Source: the human T2T-CHM13v2.0 reference genome, Homo sapiens. From it: a stretch of 64,000 nt of DNA. Positions 58,353-64,000 of the stretch are shown one piece after another. How positions within the stretch are numbered: the first letter of the stretch is position 1; each line of letters begins with the position of its first letter. Under the pieces are notes generated by a model that searched no databases, was not told where the DNA came from, and worked only from the letters and a program-made list of their open reading frames with translations. Where the stretch lies: the NCBI RefSeq assembly GCF_009914755.1, contig NC_060933.1; one strand, 5' to 3'. The translations under genes and the position numbers were made by a program.

Positions 58353-58475
58353 TGCTTCTGTGGTTGGAATGTGTCCCTTCCCAAGTCCAAGTGCTGCCAA
58401 TGTGATAGTACAAAGAGGTAGGGCCTTTAAAAGGTGATTAGGCCATGAGAGCTCCTCGCCTTGTGAATGAGACCA
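58353..58475 (+). mobile_element. MaLR LTR (MST-like) 5' fragment
   Basis: 'tggttggaatgtgtccc...ccaatgtgatagta...gggcctttaaaaggtgattaggccatgag'. Confidence 0.75.
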
Positions 58476-61469
58476 TTCCTTTGTGTACTTAAATGATTTA
58501 TTGCTCAGAGGAACTTAACTTTTACATGGAAGCCTGAAGGGTGAAAGCAGTTCAATTTGAGGGTGGCTGAATTGGGCTAGTCTTATCAAAGAAGAAGACA
58601 GATACTGCCTTGGTGAACATTCATGGAGACATTAACAAGGGGCTGATGCAGAAGGTATGTGATGACCTATCTTCAAACAGGTAGAAAACATCACATCTGT
58701 AACAAAAGAAATGACTAGGCAGATCTTCTTTTAAACTCTGGGAAGAGCAGTTGTGTGCTGTATTCACACAGCAGCTATCCTGTCATTATCCCTTCAGCAT
58801 TTTAAGCTTTGACTTTACCCCCCTCTCTCATTAGCAGCTAGCTTCTAGAAGGTGTCAAGACACGGAGAGAGCTGCAGACTGGGGGAGGGCAAGAAATCTG
58901 GAGTCAGATGATCATCTTTCCCAGTTGGAAGAAAACCAGATTGGAAAAACTGATACTTTGGCTGCTCCTGTTTCTCTCCACTGACCACTCCTGTGCTGCC
59001 GAAGACTGAATCATCCTTTCTCTGTCTATGCTCATGTATCATTCATAATATCGCTTTACTGTGGTGATTATAACATATTACCCTCTGGTTTTCTGTGCTG
59101 CTTCCCCTGAATAAATGGACTCCTCTAGGGAAGGGGGATTGTCGTATTGTTTTGTGTGTTCACTGAAGATTTGTTAATGAAATAAATGAATTAGCAGTCA
59201 TTGAAAATGTAGCCATAGATATGAATCCTGCCTGTTGGCTAGACCATTGAGAGTTTTGATTTATTTATAGGAGAACTCTGTTCTGAGCCAATATGCCTGT
59301 CAGTAAGACTAGTCTGTGAAAGCGTAGATTAGGGCTTGGAATGAATAGAATTTAAAGATGAAAGTTAATCTTTATCATCTATCTATATCATGTCTAGGAG
59401 TCTTAGAAAATCAATGCTTATAAAAAATTATGAAAATAAATTTGTAGATAAAAATGAGTTTAATTATCACTGACTGTATGAACCAGTAGCTAGTGTGAAC
59501 AAGAAATAGCATGCTGGCAGGAATGAGAACACATTATCACGTGACAGAAGTGTAATACCCAACTGCAAAGGTGCTATAGGATCAAAATGCATAGAGGAAA
59601 TTAGGTAATAGTACAAAATAAAAATAACCAACATCTGGTAACATGTAGACATTTTCCATCTAAATTGTTGCTTTTAATGACAAAGTCATGCTCCTCCTGG
59701 AGGATGTGATGGGAGCTGTGCAGTGAGATTAAATAGGTACTGGAAGAAACCATAGTTTGGTGTTTTGCAGTTGTTCATAGATCAAATAGTTCTTTGCTTT
59801 GTGTGAAAAATCCCTCAGCAGCGAGAGATGAGGAGGATGAATTAGATCAGCATGAATTTTCCTTTTCCTCTAGAAATGCTTCAGACACCTAAGGGCCTTA
59901 AGCCAGGGTCCATAAGTGGAAAGCTGTAAGGGAAAAAAGAAACTTCACAGTCCAACAGGTGAGAAGACTGTAATTTCTGATCAAATAAATACCTAGGTGT
60001 TTCATTGTCTTGTCTTTTTGAATTCATGTAGTACTTCCTTTCTCAAATAACCCCAGAAGGATGGCAAGGGGTGTACGTGCTGTGTTTTGTCCCTCCCTCT
60101 TCCTATGCCCAACTGGTAAGGAAATTGGATGTTTTACTACGATCTCTGGCTCCCCACCCCTGCCCCCTGCTCATATAGCTTGGGAAGTGATGATATGCGC
60201 TGAGTCCATTCTAATAAAACACACAACATGACTTACTGCTTCATGATATGTTTTATAAGATGGATTGATTTATGCACCTATATAAGTTGAGTCTGAATAG
60301 TCAGTTTTCGAAGTGAATTAAGAATAAATTTTTGTTACATTGCATCTTATCAATAAGCATTTTAAAACCCCAAGCATATTTATTTAAACATATAATTTAA
60401 AAATAAATGTTTTGAAATGGTGGTTGAAGAACCTTTTCTTTATTTTTCACATTTTCTGATGTACTTGCTGTTCTCATCTTCTGATTTCATGCCCTCTGGC
60501 CTTCTAGCCCCGTGCATCATTTTTGAGCACATTTGAACATGTCTTATCCATGTAGTCTGAACCTGTTGCTCTCTGAGGGTTACCCTACTCATCCCTGCAT
60601 GCTTGCCTTCATCTGGAACCAGCCTGATGCATTCCAAGAGGAGGATAGAGGTGGGTCCAGGTCACTTTGCACAGGGATCTGCACTTCATGATCCAGAAGA
60701 AAAGTGCTTTTAAAGCCCAACTTGGCACATTTTAAGTCAAAATTAGGTTTGTGGCAGTTGGCACATCTCTTAAATTCTCTATTTTTTTAGTCCCCTGAAA
60801 TCATATTTGGAGTGAAAGAACTGAAAAAGTTAAAACTCAGTCTCTTAGACTGGCTTAGATTGGCTTTCTATAATTGATTTATCGTCTACTTAGGCAATAC
60901 TCCAATTTCTTTATTTTCTATGTAAATTGTGTTGATGGATCAGTACACAATATTGTATCATTTATCATTTCTATTGGAATGTTTTTATTTTAATTACTTT
61001 GGTAGACTGATTTACATTAAGAAATTTACCCATGGATAGATATATTAGAGGATGTTTTAATATTCTTTAATATATAATATTCTTCAGAAGATTAACTGAC
61101 TAATGTATCATAAAATCGGTAGAGTAACTGACTAGCTTTATGAAATTGTAAATTTGTTGAAAATTGATTTTTTTTTTACTGGAGATGAGAGTTCCATAAT
61201 TGAAAAAATATCCTATGCCAGTGCTTTGTAGATTGCAAGTAACGTAGATAATCTTGCCTGTAGTTCCTTGATGAAAATGATCTGTTGCATTTACAATATC
61301 ACAAGTAATTAATTATTAAAGTATATGCCTGTGATTGGTATGTTTTATCTTAATTCTACTTATTCTCTTAGTCATGCAAAGAAGAAATAACTGCCAGTGG
61401 TAGCTGTTGAAATTATATTCAGATCTATTGAGGAGCATGTTTTGAACATCTTTTATGCTTATTTAAAAA

Positions 61470-61569
61470 GAGGCGGAGCTTGTAGTGAGCCGAGTTAGTG
61501 CCACTGCACTGCAAGCCTGGGCGACAGAGTGAGACTACATCTCAAAAAAAAAAAAAAAAAAAAAAAAAA
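61470..61569 (+). mobile_element. Severely 5'-truncated AluY (last ~75 nt plus A26)
   Basis: gaggcggagcttgtagtgagccgag...gactacatctc followed by poly(A). Confidence 0.92.
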
Positions 61570-62229
61570 GGCTTTTCTATGGGATTCTCATTTGTTTAAA
61601 TTATACATGTGATTACTTGACACGTTAAAGTGTACACAATTTAGGAAAATGGGATTAAAAATCCAGAAACACTTAAAAAGTTCTTATAGTGAAGATTAAA
61701 AAAGTGATTTCATTTAATGACTTTCAGAAAAAAAAATCACTGGGTGGAACATAAATGTTTGAAGTATTCTTGAACAAAAGTGCTCTCTGATACTACAGAC
61801 ATAAAAATTCTTAAATTACCCGTGAAATATGCTGTTCCTAGGGAATGGTTGTGAAGTACTTTTTAGTCACTCACCTGATAGAGAAAAGTAGTCTGAAAAG
61901 CTCATACACACTGAATTACTACTTCAGTTTAACTTTTTTTGTGCCTGCTAGTTAGTTGCCAGGCACTTTACATTGAGTAGTGAATAACAGACACCTGCTT
62001 TTCAAGGGCTGCTTCTGTAGTATGAGAAAGAGATACATGAACAGACAATTTTTAATATACTGTAGTGAATGCTGTCATAGATGTACATGCACATGACCTG
62101 TTGTAAAATCTGGAGCATGATAGGAGAGAGAGAGATTTGGGGGCAGGTTGTCTTCTAGGTCACCCTTCCCTCAACACCATGTAGATGTGACCTCTCTGGT
62201 CTTGGCAGTAGTGTGGTTGTACCACAAAC

Positions 62230-62620
62230 AGAGGCAGGCTGATGAGGTTGACGGATTTTGGTGTTATTCTAATTATTCCTTTAAGCAAGTCATTTACGTT
62301 TCTAAGTCTGTTTCCTCTCTGTGAATTAAGGAAAGTAGTAAAACTACCCTGCCTCCCAAGGCAGTTATGAGGACTAGCTGGGGTAATGTGCCTGAATGAG
62401 CTTTGTATATAGGGAAAATGTATACAAATTAATCGTTAGTATTTGTGGCACTCACTCTGTGATTTGGCCTATTTCACCTCCCTATGCTCTGGATTTATTA
62501 TCTGTAACAGGGGAACAATAATGGTTGTTCTTACAAATGGTAGTTGTGAGGATTAAATGAGTTAAAATATGTGAAGCCCTTAAAACAGTTTCTGGCATAC
62601 AGTAAATATTAGCTCTCATT
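62230..62620 (+). mobile_element. Two consecutive MIR fragments
   Basis: 'gcaagtcatttacgtttctaagtctgtttcctc' and 'ttgtgaggattaaatgagttaaaatatgtgaagcccttaaaacagtttctggcatacagtaa'. Confidence 0.75.
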
Positions 62621-64000
62621 TTGATATTCTTATAGCAGAAGAAGTTGACCCTACCTCTCTGTTACCCTGGCAGAAGGTTTTCAAGATACTCATTTTGTGG
62701 TACCCTGGACATTAAGATTCCATGTAATTTTGATGGCATAATGAAAACTTTCTATTGTTGGACAGTTGTTGTAGATGAGCATCCAGAACTGGATTAACTG
62801 ATCCACTGCAGATAGGAACTTATGAGGTGAGCAGGTGCTCCCCTTTAGCTCACACTATTTGCTGAATAGTTTGGAAATGCCTCTTTCTGGCATTCAAATA
62901 ATATACTCTTCTTTAGTTGCAGAAAGTCAGTTTAATGAACAGTGATTAAGATGCTGCCTTTTGGACAGTCATTAATAAATGTTAATTAAAAACCCCAGTC
63001 TAGAGCATCTGCCGTTGTCCCCTCAGATGGGTACCTACTATTTCAGATCTGTTTTGTTTAGAGAACTACAGCAAGCTTAGTAGCCATTTCTGATACCTGT
63101 TTTAGTAGCAAATTATAGTGCTTCCTGTTCGTTTGATTTCTTCCAGGGACATATTTTATTTTCCTGCCTCCTTAGAATGTCTGGCAAAAAGCTTTATTTC
63201 ATCTGAATTCTGCTGGGTCATCACATTGGACTTGTGGAAGAAAATGGATTTATAATAGCAATTAATAAAAAATAGTAACAAATAATATTGCTTAATAGTA
63301 AATGTGTACTGTATGTGCCAGCCACAGTGCTAAGCATTTTAATACAAAAGCATAAAATAACATTGTGAGATTTCCTCTAGCAATTTTAAACTTAAACTAG
63401 ATGTTTATTCGAGGGCAGCTTTAAGCTGCATTTGCATAGCAGGCTTTTGGCTGTGTATTTATTGGGAGGAGAGCTGTTGGAAATTACAGAGCTGTTGGAA
63501 ATAAACCCTAGCTAATTCTCAGGGTTTCTTCCAGTATTGAACTTGTCTGAAAAGCTGTTGGAAATTAGTGTGCACTGACTCCCCCAAGATGCCCCTGGAA
63601 ATCACCACTGCTTGCTCTACCAAGGTACCAGAAAATCTGCCCTGGAAAATGAGTCCTTTGGATTAAATCTTTCCATCTTTAGGACCTGCTTGAAGTGCAG
63701 GTGTCCCTGGAGAGGGAGCTAATTAAATCATTTAACACTTAAATAGGGATTCAGTTATGAAATTATCTTCTGAGAAAGAAAGGAGCTGAAGGCTCAAGTA
63801 ACTTTTAATGGGAGAAGAAAATGGTGATGGAAGATTTCTTGCTAGTGGTACTTCCTAGGGAATTAACTGGAGATAGAACTGGGAAGCCAGGGAGAGAATA
63901 TAGAGTGCAGAAAAAGAACGGGAAAGGGCAGATGGGAGTGAGTTAAGCGGCCACTAAGGTCCCTTCCTGTATTTACACTGGGATCCCATATTATAGAGAA

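Overview
Primate (human-like or catarrhine) euchromatic DNA that reads as the inside of one large intron. I could not recognise any protein-coding exon, RNA gene, CpG island or CRISPR/prokaryotic feature. About ten Alus (J, S and Y types) are present, along with a near-full-length but dead L1PA7-like element on the minus strand (~46.2-51.9 kb), several old L1M/L2/MIR fragments and DNA-transposon fossils (Tigger3, Tigger2a, Tigger4a, MER20, MER5, MER103, a solo MADE1/Hsmar1 TIR). There are also simple repeats and a local ~210-bp duplication. The + strand looks T/G-rich, which suggests a host gene transcribed on +; I cannot name that gene. Nearly all ORFs in the track are chance or repeat-derived, and only the L1 ORF1/ORF2 remnants are real. 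I found no convincing new biological system. The best observations are small mechanistic ones: an L1-made retrocopy of an LTR 3' end whose tail became (CA)n, an L1 with a 26-bp inverted piece from ~3 kb upstream, a non-tandem duplication, a perfect SETMAR site, and templated micro-duplications inside the L1. Repeat subfamily names come from recalled consensus sequences and boundaries of old elements are approximate.
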